Shown piece after piece: positions 37,001-47,200 of a stretch of DNA of 64,000 bases. A program made the translations under genes and the position numbers. The notes under the pieces were generated by a model. That model was not told the DNA's origin. It saw nothing but the letters and a program-made list of their open reading frames with translations, and searched no databases. This stretch comes from Candidatus Hydrogenedentota bacterium. Lineage in GTDB: Bacteria; Hydrogenedentota; Hydrogenedentia; Hydrogenedentales; SLHB01. The number at the start of each line of letters is the position of its first letter. The first letter of the stretch is position 1. The stretch is taken from positions 244,337 through 308,336 of the forward strand of contig BTWA01000001.1 of NCBI GenBank assembly GCA_045863295.1, in the 5' to 3' direction.

Positions 37001-40000
37001 TGGGCCCGGATTTTGATTTTGCCATTGACTCCATGGCGGCCCGCACGGGGTTTGTGGTGCCCGCGGGCGGGCTTGCGTGGCAGCGCAGGCCCGTGGATCC
37101 GGCCAACCTGAACCCGTTCATCGGATCGGGCACCATGGTGAGCAGCAACGCGCAATTGATCGGCGACACCGATACCGCGCCGACAATTATCCGGCCCAAC
37201 ATTGTCCAATACGAATTTGCTCCGACCACGCAATTGCCCCCCGGCAAGTATTACCTGACCGTGAATACGACCGGCACGGCGGGCGTGAGCAACTCCGAGT
37301 TTTTGTTTGCGGTAAAGGTCGGTCTGAGTTCCTCCGATGGCGGCCAGAGCATTCTGGACGACGCATTGGCGTACTATGCCGATCCGTTGAATCCGAATCT
37401 GGTCGATCCGGTGGCGTTGTTTGGCACCGCGTTGCATGAATCGCCCATTGCGGGCCGCTATAACATGGACTTGCAGGCCGATCCGGTGGTGCCCGGCAAT
37501 TTGCCAAGCGGCTGGGTATTTCTGCCGACGACCGAAGGGCCGCTGAATGCGGAAACGCAATTAGGCGTCACTAACAACCGGTATGCCGGTTACGGCGGCT
37601 TCGTGGGCTACACCGTGGAAGTGCCGTCGTTTCAGCCGGTGGGCCAGCGTTTGAGCTTGTACGTGGCGGTGATGAAGTCGGTCAACAACACCAATGAACT
37701 GGCCCTCAACTTCTTCGACTTCAGCCAGGAACCCGATCACGAGTGGGTGGAGCTGACGAATATTGCCGAGACCGCGGTGGACGTGAGCAACTGGGATCTG
37801 CAAATCAGTCCCGGCGGTTCGCTGGCCGATGGCGGGGTGTTCTCCATTCCCCAGGGCACGACCATCGCGCCGAACGGGTCAATCCTGCTTGCGATGAACA
37901 AATTCGATGCACATGTCGCCGATATCGCGCAGGAGACCCCGGGTTCGGCCGCGTCAGACAACTTGACGGCGTTGTACAACTCCTCGCTGCTGAGTCATAC
38001 CGGCATCGCGCTTGCGCGCACTGTGGGAGGCGCGTTTGATTTCATAACGGAACCGCCCCTTCCGATGTACGATCCCATCGCAAGCGCGGTTGCGGCGTAT
38101 AGCACGGCCGTGCCCCCGAACAGCGTGCCCATAGCCGATGACATTGGCGCGCAAAGCATGTTCCTGCGCCGTTCGGATGCGGACTTTCTGGACAACGACG
38201 GCGACGGTCGCGACGATGGCGCCAATGCCGACGCCCTGATCGAGTCTTCGCCCAGCGGAGCGGGATCGGGTAATTTGAATTTCAACGGTCTGGCGACCGG
38301 CGGCACCAACAAGGCATGGGACCGGATCGTGCAGCTACAGTCCCCGGCATTGTCCGTGAATTCGCTGGAGCGGCTGGCGGCCGTGGTATTGGGTGGCGGA
38401 TTCCTGCCGAACTATCCGGAGTTCGACATCGTTGACAACGACAGCGACAACGGGTTGCTGGTGAACGACGGCATCGACAACGATGGCGACGGCGGGATCG
38501 ATGAGGCCGATGAAGGCGTTGAAGAAGGGCGCTTCCGGCGCATCACGGCGGGCCAGAGCGTGCCCGGTTCGTACAGCGCCACGCCCGTGGCCTATAACGT
38601 GCCCGGGTTCACCGATCGCGAGTATATGACGAACCTGGACGGGCCGCCGGAATTCAAGGCGTTCGTGGAACGGCGCTATTTCCCCGGCGAGAACGCCGTG
38701 GTCACCTTGTATCAGGGGGCCGAAGAACTGGGCCGCGTGGTGGATCGCGTCACCTACAACCAGAAAGACGTGGAGAACCGCGCGATCCACGACATCCTGG
38801 ATTGCCCGTATCCGTTGGCGGCCCGGTTGGACGGCGCGACGGCGGGATTCTGGCCGGATAATACGATGGGCGTGGATTTTTACCGTTCGCTGCAGCGCAA
38901 ACATCCGTTGTATCCCGGCGATATGTTTGCGACAAGCAACCGCTGGGAAGCGACGGACGGCAACTACGACGATTGGCACGAGGGCACGAACCGCTGGCAC
39001 TACAACGGCACGACGTTGGTGTCGCGTTTGCAGGGCGCGAGCAGCGGATTCGATTCGATCGACTACGCGCAGTTGTACGGGCATGGTTTCTCCGGCGCAC
39101 CGCTTCGCGCGAAGCATTTCCAGCGTGAGTTGATGCTGCATCAAATGGACTTTTTCCCGCTGGTCAATCCGGGGCAGGAATTCTGGGGCTTCCTGACGGC
39201 CAAAGTGCGGAACCGCACGCTGGGTTCGTCCGGCGATCTGCTTACGATGCCGCAGATGATTTTGTGGAAGTACATGGATTACCCGCAGGCGGCGACGCTG
39301 ACGGCATTCCCGATGGGGCTGGATGCTTTGCCGTTGAACGGGGCCGTGGGCGGGCGTTCCGGTCCGCTGCTGGGCAACGCCTATCCGAAGGATATCCGGT
39401 CGGTGTTGGCCGAAACCACGACCGATTCCATCACGCTGGCCGTGGGCACGGCGGGATTCTATCCGCTATGGCCGACGCCGTCGATGACTTTGGCCGATAA
39501 CGACGCCGTGTTGTGGGACGTGTCCGGCAACAACATCAACGCCGTGACGCGGGGCTGGGCTCCGGTATTCCTGTATTCACTGGACCCGGCGGGCACGGAA
39601 CCCCCCAACACCATCATCAGCAACGGGTCACGGTATCCGAATCTGCCTGCGTCGTATCCAATCCAACTGAATTTTCTGTTGAATCCGTCGTTGCCGCCGG
39701 CGTTCACAAATTTTGGAGACGTGGCGGCCAATCTCATTCCGCGTTGGCCGTTGCCGCAGCGCGCGGTGATGTATGTCGCGGCGAATCCGGCATCGTTCGA
39801 TCCGCGACTTGCGGAACAGGAAATGATCGCGTCCGGCGCGGGCGATGTGTTGAACGATCTCAGCATTCCGGCGGATTCGGGCGCACCGTTCAATGCGCGC
39901 ATGCCTTCGGAATCGCTGTTCACGTGGTCTGGCGATAACGCGGTGCCTAACGGTGAATACGACGTGTACGTGGCCTCGGGCAACTACCTCGATGGCAACC

Positions 40001-41067
40001 GCATGGTGAATTTCCAGGCTGGCGGCCGGTTATCTCTGTTCGGTCAGGCATTCGCCAACGTGGCGAGCGACGCGACCGCGCAATCCTTGTTCAATGCGGG
40101 CATGTTGTTCTCCCTGTTTCAGGCGGAGAACGCGGTGCCAACCGATCTGCGGGTAGACGTGGCGGTCTTTACCGATCGCGACGGCGACGGGCGTGTCTGG
40201 CAGGACGACGGCGACAACGAAGTCACGCGCGACGATTTGAATCCCGCCGAGAACATTGGCTTAAAGCGCGGGTTGGAGCCGAATTCCAACGGATACGAGA
40301 CGTATGTGCATTACGGCACGGTGCGGGTGGAGAACAATTTCCTGGCGGTGTTTGTGCGCAATTGGGCGGGGCCCAACCAGGTGAACCGGTTCTCGCGCGT
40401 GATTTTGTCGCCGCGGAGGCACACGCCGGGCCGCATCAACATCAATACAGCGATCACCAAGGTGCGGAATCTGGGCGGGTCGGCGATTCCGTTCAATCCG
40501 CTGTTGGGTATCCCGGGCGTTCTGGGCCAATACGACATTGCCACCGGGTTCAATGCGCGCCCGGTGTCCGACACGACGTTAATCAGTCCGCTGACCGTTG
40601 CCTGGCAGGAAGCGTATTTGCTGTTGACCGGTACGGCGAGCACGGAAGGCATCATGCAGACGCGTGGCGCGCGCGACAACAACGGCGTCTTCGAGTTTCG
40701 TCCGGACGGGCGGTATTACCTGTTCCCGTCGGAGTTGGTGGCGCGGGGCGATTTGGATGCGTATGCGCGGATGGATCGGTTGGAGCTGTATCCGCGGGTG
40801 TTGTCTCCGAACGCGCCGACGTTGGGCGGATCGGAAGATGTGGTCACTGGCAACGAGATCCTTGCGTCCCAATTCGAGGAAACCAAGGAGCGGTTTTCGC
40901 GCATGGCGGCGATGGTCACCACGCGATCGGACGTATTCGAAATTGTGGTGACCGCGCAAGCCGGGTTCGCGACGGATGAGAACGGCGACGGGGTGGCGGA
41001 TTGGACGAGCGACGAGTTTGTGGTGCTCGGCGAGAAGAAGTTGCGGACGGTGTATGAGCGGCCGTGA
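34075..41067 (+). CDS. Giant (~2330 aa) GspK/PilX-like tip pilin with lamin-tail-like domain and DxDxDG motifs
   Basis: ATG overlaps upstream TGA; QRG|AALLVAIGILAVL (no Glu5); ITDESSRVNLNTA; GRININTA; TTRSDVFEIVVTAQ; EWVELTN..DVSNW. Confidence 0.8.
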   Translation: MTMQYEHTRRSKAELFGRAFPSRSLGTRKEGRAFPSRSLGMRKEGRAFPSRSLGTRKENGQRGAALLVAIGILAVLLALALVFFGTSRVELRTAQNAKNSVQSDWLAQGASAMAMATLQSDGVLHPTATSLDHKWKTLYNGLWFLGKDWALNPSASHLPNVRADVLYSTLSGPEAKALWDQDFLYIPREQGNSIANSVDFTGPFLTSFNFADVNAFTIEEQVHQWLGGDNPLSNWGADNNGDGLLDSYWLPMPQDVYYGGLDVNTDGFIDASEGGDGIDNDLDGEIDEADELALFVYWGGRDQLDNDGDSLVDEGDEQRIFVTAPIVQRVWNPVAEVWLTYTLLQDFSPLVNPAVLEAYAGGTVGSAALSVSPAYNSPTVDVLDNDYSMIGNDSYGYIYLDAGNEDEYTANTTDEINYPKKYHNIGDAYRSFFNQVAINDLADYFRLAKQSGLIDFDPLDPDHLLGPPERSNSAFQVTASGEAVCSLAGRVAVLITDESSRVNLNTASGLALNDNFPSPSNANAIQSPADPTATEVTFASNLGATPYEYDSRVLPLIGPDRATRFPQFRGGVNSGNGFSTTTGGPYAGTADSLEWDMAFPGFGRVDDDGNAFWLSIDGIDNDGDGLTDEFYEGIDEPSEFRTFRPYRNRIAESDNDLSLLDDDELVNEIGEAGDQAFLIRDNMEQLDDIGTAITSGLRDLVTVHSRDANERNRIYSGLNETLGVQGGSSDISGLKLDTNFSSGVNIAQAIRENWFYPRSTLMMHAINVGQFGNPDPIPLVATDPPFTSPYFTVDDMLVANPVNPPTSVPSFHELGSFARALRVYDRALFNTPFGELVRHYPDPVNPYSAQIPFDGDEPYHYWINGNSLDNYAVGFDADPELRALQLGASIEDFRDSDHTRTVLTSTMLDHWWQEAVAPAVLPQIVYKVAGVESVRITEFMARPVRRMEAEATVNPVQAGYSINLDPNVFTDASAGVGPDFDFAIDSMAARTGFVVPAGGLAWQRRPVDPANLNPFIGSGTMVSSNAQLIGDTDTAPTIIRPNIVQYEFAPTTQLPPGKYYLTVNTTGTAGVSNSEFLFAVKVGLSSSDGGQSILDDALAYYADPLNPNLVDPVALFGTALHESPIAGRYNMDLQADPVVPGNLPSGWVFLPTTEGPLNAETQLGVTNNRYAGYGGFVGYTVEVPSFQPVGQRLSLYVAVMKSVNNTNELALNFFDFSQEPDHEWVELTNIAETAVDVSNWDLQISPGGSLADGGVFSIPQGTTIAPNGSILLAMNKFDAHVADIAQETPGSAASDNLTALYNSSLLSHTGIALARTVGGAFDFITEPPLPMYDPIASAVAAYSTAVPPNSVPIADDIGAQSMFLRRSDADFLDNDGDGRDDGANADALIESSPSGAGSGNLNFNGLATGGTNKAWDRIVQLQSPALSVNSLERLAAVVLGGGFLPNYPEFDIVDNDSDNGLLVNDGIDNDGDGGIDEADEGVEEGRFRRITAGQSVPGSYSATPVAYNVPGFTDREYMTNLDGPPEFKAFVERRYFPGENAVVTLYQGAEELGRVVDRVTYNQKDVENRAIHDILDCPYPLAARLDGATAGFWPDNTMGVDFYRSLQRKHPLYPGDMFATSNRWEATDGNYDDWHEGTNRWHYNGTTLVSRLQGASSGFDSIDYAQLYGHGFSGAPLRAKHFQRELMLHQMDFFPLVNPGQEFWGFLTAKVRNRTLGSSGDLLTMPQMILWKYMDYPQAATLTAFPMGLDALPLNGAVGGRSGPLLGNAYPKDIRSVLAETTTDSITLAVGTAGFYPLWPTPSMTLADNDAVLWDVSGNNINAVTRGWAPVFLYSLDPAGTEPPNTIISNGSRYPNLPASYPIQLNFLLNPSLPPAFTNFGDVAANLIPRWPLPQRAVMYVAANPASFDPRLAEQEMIASGAGDVLNDLSIPADSGAPFNARMPSESLFTWSGDNAVPNGEYDVYVASGNYLDGNRMVNFQAGGRLSLFGQAFANVASDATAQSLFNAGMLFSLFQAENAVPTDLRVDVAVFTDRDGDGRVWQDDGDNEVTRDDLNPAENIGLKRGLEPNSNGYETYVHYGTVRVENNFLAVFVRNWAGPNQVNRFSRVILSPRRHTPGRININTAITKVRNLGGSAIPFNPLLGIPGVLGQYDIATGFNARPVSDTTLISPLTVAWQEAYLLLTGTASTEGIMQTRGARDNNGVFEFRPDGRYYLFPSELVARGDLDAYARMDRLELYPRVLSPNAPTLGGSEDVVTGNEILASQFEETKERFSRMAAMVTTRSDVFEIVVTAQAGFATDENGDGVADWTSDEFVVLGEKKLRTVYERP
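34123..34248. repeat. 3 tandem 42-bp REP-like palindromic units, in-frame in prepilin leader
   Basis: GGACGTGCGTTCCCAAGCAGAAGCTTGGGAACGAGGAAGGAA x3 (34123, 34165, 34207); 11-bp stem CGTTCCCAAGC/GCTTGGGAACG. Confidence 0.95.
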
Positions 41068-41268
41068 AGACGGCCCGAGGCGGGATTTTGTCCGGCGCCT
41101 CGGCCTAAGGGAATTGCTTTAACCATTCGGGGATGGGCCGCGGTAGTGGCTCATGGGTTCGTGGGTTTCGTAGAGCAGGTCTGAGCCGATGGGCTGCAGG
41201 CCCGGGGCATAACGGCACTTCGCCGTGGATTGCCTCGGCCGCCGGACCTGAAACAGGAGTCGTAGTGC

Positions 41269-44200
41269 ATGCGCAAGGGGTATCGCAATCACACCGGGGG
41301 GTATTGGGCCGGGTGGATCGCCCTGCTGGCGCTTTGTTTTTCCGCATCGGTGGCGTGGCCGCAGGATGTCGTGGTGTGTCAGACCGGCGACTGCGGATCC
41401 TACACGCAGGACTTCGACAACCTGGAAGAAGGCGTCATCGAAGCGATCCGGCGCGCGCGCACGAGCGGCAATCAGTATGTGACGGTGTTTCTGGTCGAAC
41501 GGGCCGACGGCGCGGCGTGGGAAGGCGGGTTTGGCATCCCCGCGGATGCGAACATCGCGATCCTGGGTGTGCCGTTGGATGCCGACGGCGGCCGGTCGAA
41601 CGACATTGAGATTACGGGCACGGGTTCATTGCCGGCGTTGACGATCAGCACGGAACCCGGCGACTTGCCGGTTGACGCGCAGTATTTTGGCGGCGCGGGC
41701 ACCGGCCTTCGCATTGAAGGCGTGGCCTTGGTGAATAGCACCGAGGGGCTGGTCATCAAGGGCGATGTCGCGACCGGCGATTATATGCCCGTTATTTCAC
41801 GGTGCTATATCTCCGGCAACGCGAGTTCGATCGCCACCGAAGGCAATGGAGTTCGCGTCGAAGGCGAGGCATCGCCTTTGCTGGTCAATTGCAGCATCGT
41901 GAAGAACGAAAACGCAGGCGTGCTGGTGACCGGCACGGAAGGGGCGTTTGCCGAAATACTGCATTGTTCGATTCTCTACAATGAGATGTACGGCGTGCAC
42001 GTCACTGGAACGACGAACAATGCGCGGGTGCGCAATTCGCTGGTGTACCGCAATGGCAACGAGCCAGACGGTACCACGGATGCGAATGATCACGGCGGCC
42101 TCGTGTGGGACACGAATCCATTTATCGATCCCGACACGGGTCCTGTGGCGGGCGGCATTACCGTCATCATCAAAGGGTTTGATTTGACCAGCCCGCTAAT
42201 CAATCCCGGAAATTCGGATACCAATACCCATATCTTTTTCGGGCCAATGCACCATCCCGATACCGAGGCGGTTACATGGGTACTGACCTCGCGCGATGGC
42301 ACGACCGGGTTTGAAGTGCTGACGGTGACATTGCCGCCGTCCTATCTTGGCGCGCCGGGCCCGGTGGATGTGACCATTCAACGGGTTGACACGGGCCAGA
42401 TTCAGACCGTGCGCAACGGGTTTGTCTACGTGGCGGACGGGGGCGAAGCGCCGGTGGTGATGCAAGTGATTGCGGAGCACGGGCCGAGCGCGGGCGGCAA
42501 CATTGTCGCGGTGTACGGGGCGAACTTTGAAGAGCACTGCGACGTGTTCTTCGATTTTGAAGGGTCCATCGGTTCCATCAGCGTGGCGGAGCAATGCGAG
42601 TTTGTGGAATGGCTTTCGTCGGGCCATTTGATTGTGAAAGTGCCTGAATATATCGATCTTGGCGGCAACCGGCGCAAGGTGGATGTTCTGGTGCGCAACA
42701 ATACCACCGGCATCATCAGCGATACGGGCCAATATCGCGAGTACGAATACCGGATCGACGAAGACGATTTGTTGCGGCCTGTCGTGGTGCAGATCGTGCC
42801 GAATTACTTCCGCGACCTGGAGGGCACGGACGGCGCGCAGAACCTGTTGGCCGATGTGGAAGTGTGGGATGCGGAACCCGGCGCGACGATCAAGGTCGGG
42901 GGAATTCTGTGTCCTTACGAAGAGCGCGTGCGGATTTCGACCTCGGATACTCCGCCGGTGGATGTCACGGATCCCGAGAATGCGGAGTTGTGGGAGTTGC
43001 ACAACGTGCGCATTCCCGTGGCCGAATTCGGGTCGGGTGGATCGTACGACGTTGAAGTGACCAATCCGACCGGGTTGTACGATATTTTGCCGAGGGCGTT
43101 CACGTATTACCCCGACGGGGTCGAGCGATTTGAGCCCAACGAGCGGGGATGGCGCCCCTCGAACTTTGTCCGCCGCGACGGCGGCCTTTTGGGCACGCTT
43201 CCGTTCCGGTTGTTGGGCACGGGTTTCGATTGGGAGATCGCCATTCGGGTTCTGGGGAATTCCGGTTTTGGCGGATCGTTTCCGGTGCTTCCGAATCCGC
43301 CGTTGCGCGTATTTCCACACGAAGTCGATCCACCGCACGCACGCCATACGCAGCGCGAGGTGTTCTTCAATTTTCCGCCCGCGCCCGAGCAGGCTCCGTT
43401 TCTGTTCAATCCGGGCACCGGGTTCCTGAACGTCACCATAAACAACGTGGCGACGGCGACCGGCGATTATTCGTCCACGGACGTGCAGGACGTGGAAGAA
43501 CGGTTTTTCTATTCGTCGGCGTTGGAAGAGCCGACGGTGGGCGATCGGTCGCTCTATTTTGAAATCGAATTGCCGCTGGTGGTGGATGCGGGCAACGGCC
43601 CGAACGGCCGCGACATCATTACGATGACCGTGTTGAACTGGCGGAACGCGATGCGGGTGTACGTTGCGGATACCGCTGTAACGAAATACCTCGACGGCGG
43701 CGCGGACGGGTTTTCGGATACCGATCCGGACGCCGATCAGAATAATCCCAGCGACAACGTGCCCGATTTCGCGGAGCCCGCGGTCGGCACGACGGGAACG
43801 ATTCAGTTTGAAGCGCCGCGCCAACCGCAAGGCGTGGCGGGTCCCGTGGATGTGTGGATTCTATTGCCCGACGATGCAACGGCGCACAACACGCAAGCCG
43901 CCGATCTCTATTACTACGCGGAGAAGTCGTATAGCGTGCGGCCGGAGGCGCGACCGATCGTGCGCGCCGTCGTGCCGCGCACGCCGCCGGAAGACACGTT
44001 TACCGATGACAATCCTGTTCGGGTTCTGGGGTCCAACTTTGTTGGGCCGGTGGATCCCGCGGGTTGGTTTACCAACATTTGGCTGGACTGGGGCGACGGC
44101 ACCAATCTCACCGATGGCAACGAGATCTCGCTTGGACCGGTCAGCGGGGCCCCCGGCGCGGGAGCGCCTCCGACGGGCACCTATCAGGTGAATTCGTTTA

Positions 44201-47200
44201 ACGAGATCGAGTTCACGTTGGATCTGCCCACGTTGCGTTCGACGAATCCGTTGTTGTTGTCCGACGTGCCGGTTACGGTGGTGGCGGCGCTGATGAATGC
44301 GGCGGGCGCGGTGTATCAATACAACGGTTCCGATCTCAGCTTTATCCTGACCGATGCGCTTTCGTTCGAGTCGCTCGCGCCCATCATCGATGACGTGACG
44401 CCGTTGGATGGTCCCGTGGAAGGCGGCACGACCGTGACCATCACGGGCCGCAACTTCTTCCCCGACGGCACGACGCCGCCTTATGTGCGGTTCGGCGGCC
44501 GGGAAGCGCGGGTTCTCACCGCGACGCCCGGCGTTTCGGGTTCCCCTGATGTGATCGAAGTGGAATCGCCGCCGGCGCATTTGAATTTGCCGGCGACCGT
44601 CGCGATTCAGTTGATCTCGGTTGACAGCACGGTGCCTAAATTGCGCGAAGCGGTCTCCGAGAAGGAATGGTGGTTCACCTACTTCATGGACGGCAAGCCG
44701 CAGTTGCGGTCCATGTCGCCCAATCACATGGCGTTTGACGACACCTTCACGCAATACGCAACCCTTACGGGATTGAATTTCGACGATGTAGTAATCGTGC
44801 GCTTCTTGGATGCCGCGGATCCGACTGATATTCGCGCGGAACGCACGATGTACAGTGAATCGCCGACGACCATTCAGGTGAAGTTGCCGTTGCCCGGGGA
44901 ACTGGTGACCGAATCCGAAGTGAACGGATTCAACAAGGCCTTGCTGGTGACGGTGCAGAACGACAGTTCGAAAACGCTCGTCGATGCGCAAGCGCAGGAT
45001 CTGATCAGCAATCCGGTTTTGTTTACGGTGTTCGACGACTCCATCGGCGATCTCGAACCGCAAACCGCGACGCTGCTGTTTAATGACGTGTTCTGGAATC
45101 AGCAGGACTATGTAAACGTGCATCCCGGCGAGGGGAGCATTTCCGTCGATCCGTTGCTGGACCCCGGACCGGACGGCGAAGTCGGACCGCGTCTGGTGTT
45201 GACCGATTCGGATACGTGGTGGCTGGGCAAGTTGGCGCTGGGCCGCGAATCGATTTCGGGCATCGTCGACAATCCCTTGCGCGACAAGGCGGGTGAATTT
45301 ACGTTGGTGCCGTTCTCCAGCGAGGATCTCGAATTAGAAGTGCGCCCCGATAGCGCCAATGGTTTCGGCACGCAGGGCAACGGCGAATTCGGATCGCAGG
45401 ATACCGCGCAGCGCGGCCTGCCGGATATTGGCGCGGACGAAATCAACGACTTCCCCGACGATCAATGCTTGTGGTACTACGCGCGCGTGTTTCCGAGTCC
45501 GGTGGGCCGGTTGGATGCGGGCGAATTGCAGATCGACATCCGGTTGATTGGTTCGACCGATGCACCTGAAGTGTACATTGTTCCCCAAGGGTTCCTGCCG
45601 GCGGATGTGGTGGCGGATCCGCCCATTCCGCTCAGCCTGCAGGCGACCCTGGGTGAGAACGCATACCGCTACACCAACGACGAGCCGATCCCGCTCGCGG
45701 AAGACGGCAATCTGGCGAATCCCGACGATCCGGATGAGCCAATTGTGGACGGTCACGCCACGCTCATCATCACGTGTGGCGGCACCATCATCGGCGCCGA
45801 TCCCAGCGATCTGACCGAAGGCGGCTTGATCTTCGATCAGGCTATCACGGGCCGGCACTTCCTGATCGACACCGTGCCGCCGCGCATGTTTGTGGAATAC
45901 CTCGTGCCCGGCAATACCGCCGTGGGCGTGCAGCAATTGATCTTCGATGCGAGCGGCATCACGGTGGGCGGCCTGCCGAGTATCGACGTGTTCCCGCCGA
46001 CGACGGATTATACCGATCAGATCACCGCGCTGAGCGTGGAGCCGTTGTACCACCCGTTCCCCGCGACACCGGCCGTGCTCGGCACCATTCCGCCGTTGAA
46101 CTGGACGCCGGCCACCGATTTCATGCCGCAGGATTACGGCGGCGTGATCGATCTGGCGTTGCGAGGCACGCAGGGCGCGCAGGTATTTTTTAATCGCGGG
46201 TCGCAGGCGAATCCCGATTTTGCCGCGTCGCCGGTGTTGGTGGAATTTCCCATTGGTGTCCGGTTTGTCGATCCGCCGGTGACCAACGACGAGACATTGC
46301 CTCTGGATTCCGCGATGCGCATCAACGGCGACGACTTCTTCACGAGCAGTGACATCCGGCAAGTTTCCGGTTTCCCCGTGTTGGCCGAAGCGTACGCGCA
46401 GTACGCGCGCTTCCGAGTCGTGTCGTCCACCGGCCAGGAGCAATATTTCGTTGATCGTGCATCCGGTTCTCCGAGGCAGGATGTCGTGCCGCAGAATGGC
46501 ACGGCCGCCGATGCGGCGGAAGTGGCGGATGCGGTCATTGGCAACGAGGGCGTGTTCGATCCGGGCTTGGTGCCGGGCGATTCCGTGCCCGATCCGGCGA
46601 GCGTCGAAAATCCGGAAAACGATCAGATGCTTGGATTATGGAACATCCGTTGGGATCGTTCCTACGACACGTCCGCGGATCCGACGGGACCGTATCATGT
46701 GTCGCTGCAATTCGAGGCCGAGGATTTGGCGGGCAACGTGACCCGGCAGGAAATGCTGCTCGATCCGCTGCAACTGTGGTGGTTCCAAAACGTGCAGAGC
46801 CGCCTGTCGCCGAGCCGCGAAGGGCGCCGTGTGAACAGCGCGAATTTCACGCTGAGTCTCGAACGCACCGACGCGCCGATCGTGAACGGCGGTCCACCGC
46901 CAATTTTCATGTATCGCGTGTGGCAGGGCGGGCCTGATTTCGTCAACGACTACAACGCCGTTTACACGCCGGTTAGCGGGTGGAGCGTGTGGTCGCCGGA
47001 CCTGCTCATCAACACCGTCGAGGGATTGGTGCAGCCGGAGCATTGGGTGTTGGTCGTTGTGCAGAGCGCGGATGAAGCAGGCAACGTGGAACCATGGCCC
47101 AATTTCGACGTCGCGTCCGGCGGTCTGAGGCCGGATCCGGATGCGGCCATCGATTTCAGCGATCCCGATACATTGAACACGTATCTCTATCCTGAATACG

